Assembly (NCBI GenBank): GCA_964016885.1
Contig: OZ024740.1
Span: 221,836,001-221,900,000 of the forward strand
Direction: 5' to 3'
Length of the DNA stretch: 64,000 nucleotides
DNA from: Eledone cirrhosa
Taxonomy: Eukaryota
Position 1 is the first letter of the stretch, and the number at the start of each line of letters is the position of its first letter. The notes under the pieces are model-generated. The model saw nothing but the letters and a program-made list of their open reading frames with translations, did no database searches and was not told where the DNA came from. Positions 23,169-37,804 of this stretch are shown piece after piece. The translations under genes and the position numbers were made by a program.

Positions 23169-25300
23169 AACGTTCCACAGCAGGTCTCGATGAACATGGC
23201 CATATGCCTTTTCATGGTCGAGAAAACAAAAATATATATCTTGGCAATACTCCCACGATTTCTTGAAGACCTGCTGCAGTGTAAATATGTGGACAGCTGT
23301 ACTGCGTCCGGGGCGAAATCCGCACTTTTCACCAGCTAGCTTGGACACGACGTTCTCCCTGCATCTCTTTGCCAGACACTAGCAAAGACTTTACCTGGGA
23401 GGCTTAACAAAGAGATCTGTAATTGGAACAATCTCTCTTGTCTCCCTTTTTGAAAATTGGGATTATCACTCCCGATTGCCATTGCCTTTCCAGAGATCCA
23501 GGTCACCACACACACATCAGTCAACCAGAGAACACCATCTCTATTTAAGGGTTTTAACAACTCGGGCCGGATTTCATCTTCCCAAGCAGCCTTGCCATAT
23601 TTGAGGTCTTTAACTGTTCTTGTGATATCAGCCTTCGAGAGAATAATCACCACACCCATATGCATGTCTTGTACATCAGAAGATGCTGCTGTGATCAGTT
23701 TTAGGATATTAGCAAATTATTCTCTTCACCTCGCGAGGACTCACCTGTCTGAATAGAGGAGAACCCAGGTTAGTTCCTGATATCAGGTGTGGAAGAAGGC
23801 TTCTTACTACGAAGTCGGTGAATGGTCTGCCAGAACACTTTATTTGCTGATATGAAGTCGGATTCTAGCTTAACCCCAATGTCCTCCCATGTCTTAACTT
23901 TGGGCATCTTTACTGTCTCTTCTGCTTGTACCGAAAGTGAAAGAAGTAGGACGCATTTCCATCTGGCGCCACACCAAGCTTCTTTTGCCCGCAGCATCTG
24001 ACAGCCGAAGCAGAAACTACTGAGATGAATAATCTCCACTCTATTTCAACGTTCTTAGTTTGCTCAGGGATATCTCTAAAATTGGATGCAATAATATCTG
24101 CATATCTAGTCCTGACCTCCTTATCCACCAACGCTTCTCACTTTATCCTGTAGATCGGCCTGGACCTGCCAGTTTTGTGGGCTTCTTTGATTTTAGCGAG
24201 TCTCAAGTTGCAGATAACTAGATGGTGATCAGTTGACAGCTCAGCCCTTCTCATAACACGAACAACCAGCAGGGAATTGAAGAGATCAGAGACAATAACA
24301 AAATCAATTACTGATTTCTGTCCCCGATTCCTCTGATACCATTATATTTCTGTACTGGAAGAATGTGTTCATAATAGAGAGTTCATTGCTAGAACAGAAG
24401 TATAATAAGGCCTCTTCATTCGTATTTAGATCGGGGTCAATATTCCTTCCGATCACTCCTTTCCATGTTAGGTGGACAGTGCTACCACGCGCATCAGGAT
24501 ATATCACTCAGTCTTAACTACATTTAACGCTGCAGTGATTTCATCAAGGAAGGGACATGTATTTGGACTCCGTGTTTAGTGCATAAACTTGTACCATCCA
24601 CAGAGACCTAACTGTCAGCCTAAGCTTCAAGAAGCAAATCCTCCCTCTTAATGTGATCCAGTCCATAACACATTCTGGCAGCCGGGGTCTTGTGAGTAAC
24701 ACAACTCCAGCATGTGCCTCCTCTAATAGTTCTTGCTTCTTACCTGTGATGGTTGTAATGTTTCAGTTTTCAATTGTGAAGGATTGCTCTATTCCGGAGC
24801 CTTTTTGTGGTTGTCTCCGGATACGCAATCTTTGTGCGTCCATTCCACGCGTCCCAGACCAGGTCACCAGTTTTTGCGTCATGAAATGGGGACTGCAATA
24901 TACTTTTCAAATAGACACCTCTACTTAAGGCCTGAACGGTCCTTTATTAATCCGCGCGAAGGACGATGTCGTGTGGCTCTTTTTTGTTCCTCTCCCCATA
25001 TTGCAGTTTCAGTGGTCTTATTTCTGCTGGTCACCAATCTCGTACTTCCAATCCCGCGAAGACTAAGCTTTTTTAGAGGTGGCCTTTATTGCCTCTTCAT
25101 AGCTTCGTCACTTGATTGTGAGAGGTTTCCTGGGAGCTACTGGTGTCACCCATGCCCCCCCCCCCCCTAGCAGTTTATCGCTGTTGGTCCGGGGTTGCTT
25201 ATTTATTCGACAGCTGCCCTCTTAAACCGCAACTAACCACCATATCTGGTAGCCGTATCGTTATCCACCACTTGCGACCCGTTCACTAGCAGAACAGCTC
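23169..25300 (-). mobile_element. RTE-clade LINE, decayed (5' UTR, APE, start of RT), truncated at the 3' side
   Basis: ELSIMNTFF, LSTDHHLV, LKYGKAAWEDEIRPELLK, ISLLSLPGKVFA, CGFRPGRSTAVHIFTLQQ...CFLD.EKAY..V.R..LW. Confidence 0.9.
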
Positions 25301-25349
25301 CATATGTCTCTGTCTCTCTGTCTCTCTCTTTCTCTCTTTAGCTCTCCCC

Positions 25350-25711
<362 letters not shown>

Positions 25712-25777
25712 ATATATATATATATGTATACATACATATGTATATATATATATATATATGCACACACACGCACACAC

Positions 25778-25815
<38 letters not shown>

Positions 25816-26558
25816 GCATATCCTGGTCGTATCTGTATATCTTACCATCGTGCTTTAAGATATTTGCTGAAACTTTACTATATTTTCTCATTAAATCACC
25901 GTCTCTTTTTATATATTAAAATTAATGTAATTTGGATTTATTTCAAGGTTCAATCACTTATGTATTATATTATAAGGGGAATTGAAAATGTTGAATCTAA
26001 TTCGTCAGCATCTTCTCTGATGTTTGATCCTACAACATTGATTCAATATAATTCCTGTGAATGATAAAGACAATGTAATCCACGACTTCGAGACTACAAA
26101 CGCCTGGTATTAATGTAAAAGATCTTAGTGACGTAAGGATATCTTTGGCAATTTAGCTTCATTGAAGTGAAAGATCTTCAGAATCATACAGTATCTTTAT
26201 AGGCATAATTCGTACATGTTTCTCGCCTATCACAATTGAAATATATTGATTTTCAAGTCAGGAAGATTACAATCTCGGAATGTGTTACTACACAAGTAAC
26301 CAAAGAAATTCGGTGGGGATTATTATATTCTTATGGTGACTGTGAAGAAATATTTATTCTGCAACTCAGTAATTGAAGAATATCCTTGTACCCAAAAGCA
26401 ATATAAAGCTGATTTCCTAGACAATACCATTTCATTGTGAAGGTGAACTTCAAAGTTTATACATGAGTATTATTGGCTAAGAAATCTATGCGCATTAACA
26501 AATAAATAAAATAGAGACAGATGAGCAAGGTGGGGACACACACAAATACAGACAGACA

Positions 26559-26705
<147 letters not shown>

Positions 26706-26804
26706 GCGTGTGTGTGTTCAAATGTAAGTATGGATTAAGAATATTCATCAGTCTCCAACAAGAGAAAAAATATATAACTCATACGAATCAATATGAATAG
26801 ACCA

Positions 26805-26975
26805 CAAATTGGAAGATTCGTTAGAACGTCGGATATAATTCTTTGTGGTATTCGTTTCGTTTCGACTCTTTGCTCTCTGAGTTCAAATCCAGCCGAGGTC
26901 AACTTTGTCATTTATCCTTTCGGAGTCGATAAAAATAGAACCAGTCTAGTACTGGGCTCGGCTCGATTCTTCCTC
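26805..26975 (+). mobile_element. tRNA-derived SINE
   Basis: B-box GAGTTCAAATCC and body CGAGGTCAACTTTGTC...GTCGATAAAA. Confidence 0.7.
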
Positions 26976-27573
26976 TACATCACTTTCTCACTCCCTCTCT
27001 CTTACTCTCTATCCTTCTCTGGAAGAAATCTGTTGTATTCAGACCCGGAGAGAGAGACGTATGTCAAATATGGCGTCCCTACGACCGACTCCTTCAGCAG
27101 TTCTGAGTCCATGCACACATGCAATCAATCTGGATATAATCAACGGAGTATAAACATACATACGTGTACAAACACCCACACGCACACACAAACACCCACA
27201 CGCACACACAAACACACACACGCACATACAAACATTTGTGTGCACAACATAAATACACACGAGCATTTTATAATTTGGGCACAGGCATAACTGCGTGGTT
27301 ACGAAGTTCGATTGTCAATCATGGGTTTACGGTTCCGGCCCTACTGTTTGACATCTGCAGTAAATATCTTTGCGTCAGGTCGACAGAATTCTTATGCGTG
27401 AAATTGGATTGTACTTATAATTCAAAGGTCCAGCATTGAAACATATTGTGTCATGTTAATACGACTTTGGAATTACGTTAGAGATACACATGCCTGTGGT
27501 GTACTCAGTCAAGTACTCGTTATTTCATAGGTTGTATGTTTTTCTTCTTGTCGTATGACATATGCACAATGGT

Positions 27574-27628
<55 letters not shown>

Positions 27629-28009
27629 ATGAGCCAAGCAATGGCGTCATTTGTTTTATTATGGATTGTCTCCAGGCCGCCGGGAAAACGTCTGAGGGGC
27701 AATCCCTAATAACATGCAGCACTGTTTGGTCAGGGTCCCCACAGATTGTGCGTTTAATTGATTGAAGAACTGAATACTCATCCTCTAAACCGATAGGAGA
27801 TATATCATTAGTATAGATGTATTGTACACGATGCGTGAACAGGTAGTAACCGCACTAGGTAGATAACAGTAGAACATGGATACATAAGAGTTAGCAACTA
27901 AAATTATCCAAACTCCATGGGAAATGAGTAATGTACGAAGGTCGGCTGAAACGTTGATAGGCTGACCAAGACACTCTCATGGAATGACCAACGGGGATTT
28001 ATTTTTCAA

Positions 28010-28260
28010 TGTGAAGGCACGAGGCCTAGTAGTTAGAGCGTTGAGCTCACAATCGTAAGGTTGTGAGTCCGAATCCCGAACCAGGCCGTGCGTTGTGTTC
28101 TTGAGCAACACACTTTATTTCACATTGCTCCTTTTCACTCAGCTGTAGAAATGAGTTTCGACGTCACTGGTGCCAAGCTGTGTCGTTCATTGCCTTTCCC
28201 TTGGACAACATCAGCGGCATGAAGAGGGGAACTGGAATGCTTGGTCATTCATGACCGAAT
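28010..28260 (+). mobile_element. tRNA-derived SINE with a Deu/Nin-like core
   Basis: Head GGCCTAGTAGTTAGAGCG...GAGTCCGAATCCC and core TTGTGTTCTTGAGCAACACACTT. A related copy is at ~55005-55230. Confidence 0.65.
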
Positions 28261-28524
28261 ATGACCAACGATAAGAGTCCCTGGAAAAAACCCCCAAAAC
28301 AATGTAATTATTAATAAGAGTTGAAATTATGTAAGAAGGGTGATATTATCGGCATAGGGGTAACCTGGTCAGATATGCTATATGATCCAATGCTGTTACA
28401 ATCTGGTATAGAGACAGTGACGTGACATCGACAAATGAATATAGAGGATGAATCTAATTCATATAAAGAGGTAAACATGAGAAAAAAAACTCACTTTCTG
28501 CACTGGCAGCATAGTATGCAATGA

Positions 28525-28640
28525 GGGGGGGGGGGCAAGGAGAATAGTGAGCGTTGATGTCCCCGATGGCAATTACGTCAGTGGCAGATGAGTTCAGATA
28601 TATGTCCTTAATGCCGAACGAATTATAACTGAAGAGCTGT
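28525..28640 (-). mobile_element. LINE apurinic-endonuclease fragment
   Basis: Peptide DVIAIGDINAH matches the APE GDFNAH motif. Confidence 0.4.
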
Positions 28641-29371
28641 TGTTGGTTGGTGAACAGCACAAATATTCTATCTAGTCATGAATTATTCTTTGTTAACTAT
28701 TCATTATAATAATGATAATTATCATTCTGTAATACATAAATGAAAAAATATAATTAATTCATAGCAATATTTCGTGGTCAAACGGAGAAAATAATGATCA
28801 TATTATTTCAAATTTTACATACAATTAAATATGGTATTCAATCTGATGGCACAAATGTACACATATTTCTTACACATATCAGAATAGTGTTGAATGCAGA
28901 TTAAAACTATTAATTTGATTTTCATTCATTCATTGAAATTAGTTTCCAGATGTTGCGAGTGGTTTTCTCTTTTTGTCTTTCTCTATATTAACATTTTGAA
29001 AAGCCTCAATACGAAATCCTCGTTCTAGACGAAAACACAAATCGTTTAGCTAAGCTTACACAAAAGGGTCATTTATCTCAGTGACTATTTAGGTACATGA
29101 TTTTGCTTTTGCTATCTTGATTTTATGGTTTGAGGTTGAGATGTTCTATATAAAAGCACAGACTCTCATTAAAATCACTAATGGAAAAATTTCGTGCCGA
29201 ATCATTTAATATAAGTTGCAGTGAATTTGTAACATTTTCAAAATAAACTGTGGGCAAATAAAATTACCATATTCGAGTAACGTCTCTATGTGCAAAAACA
29301 TTGAGCATCCATGCACACACACATACACACACAAACACACACATATGCACGCACGCACACGCACACACACG

Positions 29372-29491
<120 letters not shown>

Positions 29492-31375
29492 AAGCCACTG
29501 AATAATGTTGGAGAAAGATTTATGCGATATTTCGGTTCTAAGAAGCCCTTTTTGTAAATGCACGAAAGAACTGAGTTAAACACCAAAACTGTTCTGACAT
29601 GGATAGCATGGCAAGGGTAATAAACCGTTGACAGAGATTTCTGATTATAGTTATTTGTGAGGGTCGACGTCCAATAAATATTACTTAAAACATACAATTG
29701 TTCTTATTCTTTATATGGCAAGTCTTAATAGAAACTTTAACCTTTCAATACTGCCTGTCGTAAATGTACGCGGCAACTCGCAAATATGTAAAAGTAATAA
29801 ACTAATGGAATGAATCCCCGCAAAAGAATCTCAGAATAAATGGTCATAGGAAACGTTTTAAATGGTTGATTTATTGTATTATTATTATGTACATCTATCT
29901 ATATACTACTAAAACTCTGATCTTGCGTGCTTGCTTGCTTGTCTGTTATGTAATACAGTCAAAAGGGCGCATAATGGGTCAATACTTTGAAAGCAAGTTG
30001 CCTCTGAAATGGGAATACAAATTGAATAAAACAAGTTTTGCGAAAATCTGACCCCGGGTTTCCGAGATTCGCGGGTTTTGAGGGGGTACCTTCGTAAATA
30101 GCCACAACGGTGCATACTGGGAAAATAGCTCGAAATTAACATAACCCGCAAAACTTCGTAAATAGCCAAAACATGAGAAAATACTCTAAATAAAACAAGT
30201 TTGGCGTAAATTGCACATGGACAATATTTTCAATTTTCCCAAAATAGCAAGGAATTCATCTAAATTCAATTTACCTTATTTTATAATGAATATCGAAAGA
30301 AATAATCCGTTTATTTTTTGGTTGCCCATTCTGTAGGTAAGAGAGACAGAGAGGGGTGAGAGAGAGAAAGAGAGAGAGAGTGAGAGGATGAGAGAGAGAG
30401 GGGGGGATGACAGATAGGGAAAGAGACAGCGTCCTTAACTTTTATTTATTTTAACTCTCCCCCATATCCATAACGTTATTTCTTTCTCTCTCTTTCACAG
30501 TTATACTGCCACCGTGTGTATCTGTATGTGTATGTGTGCCAGTGCATGTGTTTACGTACTTAGAGACATGTGTGTGCGTGTGTGTATGTGTGTGTAACAG
30601 TACTTAAGTTAGAGACACATATATATATATATATATATTTGTGTGCGTGTGTGTGTGTGTGTAGGATACCTTCGTAAATAGCCAAAACGGTGCATAATGG
30701 AAAAATAGCCCTGTAAGTGATATAACCCTGAAATGGGGATAAAACAGGTTTGACGTAAATCGCCATAAAAATATTTCTCGAATGATGAAAATAGTTTAAT
30801 AATTATTAAATAAAATTTTCAGTGATTTCTCAGTGAATATGATTTCAAAACTACAAGTTGTTTGTACTTCAAGTATCTATATTCGGACTTTCTTTAAACA
30901 GACGATATTTTAATTATCAGAAAAGCATTAAGTGAATATCACTGAAAAATACCAGTTGGTGTTAAATAGTAGGTGTTTATATTTTTGCTTTTGTTAAAAA
31001 GAATATTTCAATTATTTAAAAATATTTTAAAGGGAATTTGATTTCACAAATAGCTTTATTTACATAGACAATATCTTCTTTTTTTAAAAATTATTTTCAA
31101 GTGAATACAATGGAAAAAATATTTCTTAAGTGAAAATGACTTAAAAAATACAAATTATTTGTACACTAAGTATATATATTTCAGCTTTCTTTAAACAGAA
31201 TATTTTAATTATTAATAAGTATTTTTTAAGTGGATATGATTTGAAAAATACGAGTTGTTTAAACAGACAATATTTTCATTATTTAGAAATATTTCTAAAT
31301 GATGATTTAAAAAAAATATTTGTTCAGGTAATAGGAATTTTTTCTAAGGTGAATACGATTTTCTATTCTTAAATA

Positions 31376-34300
31376 ATGCCTCGACGAGGAAGAAAGAAAA
31401 CATCTGGTTGGTCTATCGATAGTGGAAAGAAAGCACGGCTAAGGAGTGCCGAAGAAGGTGAGCAAGATAGTGGTCAACGCCAACAAGATCGGGACAGGCA
31501 TGCGAACAGAAGGATCGATGCGACTGATAAAGCAAGGGCTGCGCGTCCGGCGGAACAGAGGGAAAGAGACAGAAGCAGGAGATATCATGAATCGGATGGT
31601 CGGAGAGCTGCGCGACTGGCGGAACAGAGATAAAGGGGCAGAAGAAGGAGAGATCATGAATCGGATGGTCGGAGAGCTGCGCGACTGGCGGAACAGAGGG
31701 AAAGGGGCAGAAGAAGGAGAGATCATGAATCGGACGCTCGGAGAGCTGAGCGTCAGGCGGAACAGAAGGAAAGAGACAGAAGAAGGAGAGATCATGAATC
31801 GGATGGTCGGAGAGCTGAGCGTCTGGCGGAACAGAGGGAAAGAGACAGAAGCAGGAGAGATCATGAATCGGATGGTCGGAGAGCTGAGCGTCTGGCGGAA
31901 CAGAGGGAAAGAGACAGAAGCAGGAGAGATCATGAATCGTATGGTCGGAGAGCTGAGCATCTGGCGGAACAGAGGGAAAGAAACAGAAGAAGGAGACATC
32001 ATGAATCGGTCGCTCGGAGAACTGACCGTCTTTGCCAACAAACCATTAGGGATAGAGCAAGGACAGTTCAACGACGTGACCTCTCTGCTGGTGTTGGACA
32101 GATGAATAAGATCTGTGTCTCTTGTCATGCAATGCTTTTTCATGGTGAAACTGCTAACTTTTGCTGTATGAATGGAAAAGTCAGGCTGGGGAATCTGCAG
32201 CCTTTACCCCAGGAACTTCAGAGTTTATTTAGTACTGATCAACCTAGGGCAAACGAGTTCAGGAAGAACCTCAGACAATACAACTGCCTGTTCCAAATGG
32301 CATCTTTTGGGGCCGGAGAATTTCGTTCCTCAAGGAGTGGATGGAATCCTTCTATCGTTATTAATGGTCAAATTCACCATTACATCGGTTCCTTAACCCC
32401 TAATCCCAACGAACAACCCAATTTCTTCAAATTTACTTCTTGGATCCTCAGGATAGTGTTGATTTGAGGATCAGGATACTCCATAACGATGGCATTCAGC
32501 TTGACATAGTTGAATTATTGGAAATAATACTCAGACAATATAACCCTTACGTTGCTTCATTTCGAATGGCAAAAGAACAAATTAAAAATATTCTCGAAGC
32601 TTTGATTATTATTGATCCTGATAGGAGACCAGCAATGGAACATGAGAGAAGATTCAATGCACAAACTGCAAACGAAGTTGCCGTTATTATACAAAACAGC
32701 ACCGAACTTCAAGCAAAAGCACGGCACATTGTGTTGAAAGAAAAAGGCGGATAATTGCAGATAATCTCAGAGTCCCATCGGTCCTATGACAGTTTGCAGT
32801 ATGTTCTATTTTTTCCTTTTGGCGATGACGGATGGCATCATGAGCTGTTAATGAGCAACAACAATAAGTTGACGCCAATGCGCTACTATGCCTATCGAAT
32901 AATGAACCATGAGAATGAATTCAACCAACTTCTCAGAGGCGGTCGTTTATTTCAGCAATATTTGGTTGACATGGCTGCGAATATTGAAGGAGATAATCTG
33001 CAATGCATCCGAATGAATCAAACATCATTGCGATCTACAACATACAAGGGCCTTACTGACGCATTGAATGATGATGACGATTTTCGCAATATTGGCAGGC
33101 GAATCATACTCTCTTCCACATTTGTCGGTGGACCGAGATATATGATGGAGCGATGCCAGGATGCCATGATGTACATACGGAAGTACGGCAATCCTTCGTT
33201 CTTCATCACAATGACATGCAATCCAAACTGGCCTGAAATCCGGCAAAACCTATTCCTGAATCAAAAGCCACATGACAGGCCAGATTTAATTGCCAGAGTA
33301 TTTGACCTGAAGCGGAAACTGTTAAGAAAGTATCTTACTGGAGTAGATGGCCTATTTGGCAAGTGCATTGCTTACGTGCTGACAGTCGAATATCAAAAGT
33401 GAGGTCTTCCTCATGTGCACTGTTTGCTATGGCTCAATGAAGCCTCCAAGCCCAGACCGCAGGAATATGATAAATTTGTTCAAGTCGAAATACCAGATCC
33501 AAACAAAGATCCAGAGGGTCATGAATTGGTGCTGAAGCACATGATCCACAGTCCGAATTGCTCTAACAATTCACCGTGTTGGAAAGATGGAACGTGCAGT
33601 AAGCGGTACCGTAAGCCTTTCAATGAATATACATTGTGTGGAAAGGACTCTTATCCTGTGTACAGAAGACGGTCTCCAGGAATGGGAGGATTTGAGGGGC
33701 ACCAAGAAGGAAGGGGAAGCCGAAATATAACTTCGGAATGGGTGGTTCCCTACAATATGAAACTATTAAAACTGTTCAACTGCCACCTAAACGTAAAGAT
33801 GTGCTCTTCCGTGAAATCGATCAAATATGTTATCAAATATACCATGAAGGGCAGTGATCAGGCAATGTTTGGAGTGAACAGGGAAGATGAGATAATACAG
33901 TATTTAACAGGAAGATATATCGGTCTTTCAGAAGCTGTTGCTTTGGTACTTGTATTTCCAATTCATGAGAGAGAACCGGCCGTAGTTCGCCTTCAAGTTC
34001 ATCTACCCGAGGAAAATCAAATCTTCTTTCGGGTCAATGCTGCTGTTAAAGTAAACAATAACATGGCTAAGACGACTCTGACTGAGATCATGGGTCTTTG
34101 CGATCGCGATCCGTTTCCAAAAACATTGTATTATGCCGATGTCCCAAAGTTTTACACTTGGAGTAATAAGAGATGGGAAAGGAGAAAGGTGGGGAAAACA
34201 GTTGAGCAGTAACCGGGGATTTTTGAGGCGACCGTTTTGGGAGGAGTATACACTGTTTCTCCACGAAGTGGTGACCTGTATTATTTGAGACTCCTTCTGC

Positions 34301-36122
34301 ATCACGTCAAAGGGCCAGTATCCTTCAACTCTTTGAAAATGTGTGATGGAGAACTCCTGCCATTATTCAAAGAGAAAGGTTTGCTTCAATCGGATGATCA
34401 TTAGCAGCAGACTCTGGAAGATGTTGAGCGAACAAGGCTTCCCAAAGCCATGAGAGATCTATTCATCGTAATCCTCACAAATACGGAAATTGACAATTCC
34501 AGTGCTTTATGGATTCGATTGAAGCATTCGCTGTCTGTGGATTACCTTCAAATAGAAAAAAGGGCTACCAGAAACTCTAACCTTTTGATTAGCGAGAGAC
34601 ATTATGATCAATGTCTTCTGTATTTTGAAGACAAACTTAACGACCTGGGCAAAAGTCTTAGTGACTTTAACTTGCCAAGGCCAAATAATATTATAGCTAA
34701 TCAGGATATTGGCAATTTGGAGTTATTGCATGAATTGCAATACACCAGAGAAGAGTAGCGACGATTTGTAGAAGAGACGGCGCCTCTATTGAATAGTGAA
34801 CAAAAACACGTGTACGACTTCGTTTGTAACTGTTTAGAGACGAACACATCTGCATTGATTTTCATTGACGCTCCAGGTGGAACAGGAAAGACATTCCTGA
34901 TTAACTTAATTCTTTCAAAAGTCAGGGGAAACGGCGACGTGGCAATTGCTGTTGCGTCATCTGGCATTGCCGCGGCACTTATGCCTGGTGGAAGAACAGC
35001 GCATTCTAGGTTCAAAATACCGATAGTAGTGAAAGAAAATGGTCTGTGTAACATTGATAAAATCTCAAAGACGGCAAACCTCTTCTAGCATACAAGGCTG
35101 ATTGTTTGGGATGAGTGTCCTATGATTCGGAGGGAAAGCTTCGAAGCTGTTGACCTCACTCTGCGTGACATAATGAGGCATTCGGTAGAATTTTGACAAT
35201 TTGCTGTGGCGATTTCCGTCAGCTTCTTCCGGTAGTGAAAAGGGGAAATGAAGCGGACGTGGAAAACGCCTGCATTAAAAAATCCTACTTATGGCGAAGC
35301 TTCAAAAGATTTCAGTTGTAGAAAAACATGCGATTGGGTGGGGGAGCAGGAGACTATTCACACTTCCTATTGGAAAAGATAGATAAAAAAACTGAAAATG
35401 AGGAAATTATTTTGCCAAAAGAAATGGTTCTCCAAGCAACAACTATGGAAGAATGTATTGATTTCATCTACCCCTCATTCGACAATCCAGCTGAAGTGTT
35501 TTCGAACAATTGCATCTTAGTACCTCTCAATCAAATGATGAGAAGCATCAATTCCACCTGTATCAGACGCTTCCCTGGAACCATAAAAGAGTAACGATCC
35601 TATAATTCTCTGAGTGATGGTGCCAATGCCACTCATTTCCCGACTGAATTCCTTGATTCGGTTGAACTATCAGGACTGCCTCCATATAACCTGGAATTGA
35701 AAAAAGGATCGCCAATAATTCTTATGAGAAACTTGAATCCTCCAAGGATTTGTAATGGAACGCGCATGATCGTGAAAGAACTGCACGACAATCTCATAGT
35801 AGCAAGAATCAACACTGCTGCTTTCAGAAATGAGATCGGTATGATACCTAGAATAAGAATTAATCTATCCGAAGGTGAGGATATCCCTTTGCAGCGAAGC
35901 CAATTCCCAGTTCAATGGTACTTTGCTATGACTATTCATAAAGCACAAGGACAAACTATGGAAAACGTCTTGGTTTATCTGGAACGACCTGTATTCCAAC
36001 ACGGTCAACTGTATGTAGCCCTTAGCCGCGGAAAACGAAAAGAAAATGTCAGAGTGTTTCTGAAGGATACCCAGTCAACTAAGAAGGTTGTCATCAAAAG
36101 CATTCTTTTGAACAAACTGTAA
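31376..36122 (+). pseudogene. Helitron RepHel transposase (Zn-finger, HUH Rep, Pif1 helicase), interrupted by stops and frameshifts
   Basis: C..C.A..F.GE...CC.NG, FFITMTCNPNWPEI, VEYQK*GLPHVHCLLW (HUH), KYVIKY..KG (Y2), DAPGGTGKT (Walker A), FAMTIHKAQGQT, HGQLYVALSR. Confidence 0.95.
31540..32035 (+). repeat. 60-bp tandem repeat (~8 copies) in the RepHel N-terminus
   Basis: Recurrent GGAACAGAGGGAAAGAGACAGAAG.AGGAGAGATCATGAATCGGATGGTCGGAGAGCTG, encoding an Arg/Glu-rich 20-mer. Confidence 0.9.
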
Positions 36123-36546
36123 CAGCATAAATATGAGAAAATGTTGATTCCGACGTCAAAAAATGAAAGGAAAAGGAAAAACTAAGACAAGTAAGAATAA
36201 TTTCTTTCAAATTTTTGTAAATAAAACCAACTTTTTATTAACATTGCAACTTTTTAAGCAGAAAAATCTTTCAGAACAAACAGTCAAGCATCCATAGAGA
36301 TATAGAAAAAAGAATTTTGAAGTGGAGTGATTGGATAGCTATTAGTGAAAAATGATTTGATATTTTCTTTGTGAAAATACTTGTGAATAATACAGTGAAA
36401 AGACAAAAATCGGACCACGGGTTCCCGAGATACGCGGGCTTTTTCGGGTACCTTTATAAATAACCAAATCAGCGCATAATGGGAAAATTCTTTGAAAGTA
36501 AGGTACCATTGACATGTGAATACAAACACAGATAGTGGTTGTGGGT

Positions 36547-36633
<87 letters not shown>

Positions 36634-37347
36634 GGTGGCGTTGTTGAATGAAATTATGACAGGTGACTTCAAAGAATTGAATACAGCATTACTGTATCTA
36701 GCTTGAATTTGGTGACTGAATATTAAGTTATATGTATCTTATAACTTGTGTTAGGACAGGATGTATGTGTGTGTGTGTAACCAGTGTATATAGGCAACAT
36801 ACACCCACACACACAAACACATATATATATACACACGTACATACACACACACACACATACACGTATATATATATTGGCTTTCTAATGTCATTTTACATTA
36901 TATACATTTTATGTATATTATAATTATTTTAAAATTATTTTTAAGTGAACATGACCCAACGGGTCACGGGTGGTCTAATATAATACTAAAAGTCTGTGAT
37001 TGCTTGCTTGCTTGTCTGTAACGTAATACAACTGAAAGGGTACATAATGGGAAAATACTTTGAAGAGAAGTTGCCCTTAAAATGGGAATACAAATGGAAT
37101 AAAACAAGTTTCGCGTAAATCGGACCACGTGCTCCCGAGATATGGGTTTTTTTCCGGGTACCTTCATGAATAATTAGAGAGAGAGAGAGAGGGGGAGAGA
37201 GAGCGAGAGAGAAGAAGAGATAGTGGTTGTGACAGAGTAGATTGAAAGAGAGACATAGAGAGAGAGGGAGAGGAGACAGCGAAGGAGAATGGAAGAGATC
37301 TGGTGGTGTTGTGTGTATATATATATATGTGTGTGAATGTATGTATG

Positions 37348-37420
<73 letters not shown>

Positions 37421-37578
37421 GATAACAAAATATCGTTATAGTTAATCCAGTTAGAGGTTATGAATACTTCTTATTATGGATAGTTTTAGCGTACCGCGTT
37501 GTTTGGCTCAACAAGAGGTTTACGTAGATGACGAGATATATATATATAAATATAAATATATAAATATATATATATATA

Positions 37579-37795
37579 TGTAAGAATATTTTCGAAACAG
37601 CGAGTGGGTTTGAAATTATTAGAAATGTAAGCTATCGTCGTATTTTGACTAAAGAAATTAAAGAAATTATTTAGCCTGATAGTGGGGTTAAGAACCCTCG
37701 GAGAAATGGAAAAAGATGAGTATTGACTGCAATCCCCTTGACTTCTTTGTGTGGGGCGCAGTGGAATGAGACACCAACAGGCTAAATAATTTCTT
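37579..37795. mobile_element. Family C copy in (TA)n
   Basis: GACTAAAGAAAT...TAGCCTGATAGTGGGGTT.AGAACCCTC.GAGAAATGGAAAAAGATGAGTATTGAC with a short inverted tail. Confidence 0.75.
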
Positions 37796-37804
37796 ATATA
37801 TATA

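Larger units (their letters stand above)
29894..36978 (+). mobile_element. Full-length Helitron (decayed autonomous)
   Basis: 5' A|TCTATCTATATACTACTAAAA (TC at 29894 or 29898). 3' hairpin TGACCC-AAC-GGGTCA at 36952-36966, then CTAA (CTRR). RepHel coding region inside. Confidence 0.88.

Noticed and set aside
31540-32035. CRISPR-like array
   Set aside because: Contiguous 60-bp coding repeats without unique spacers, in a eukaryotic context.
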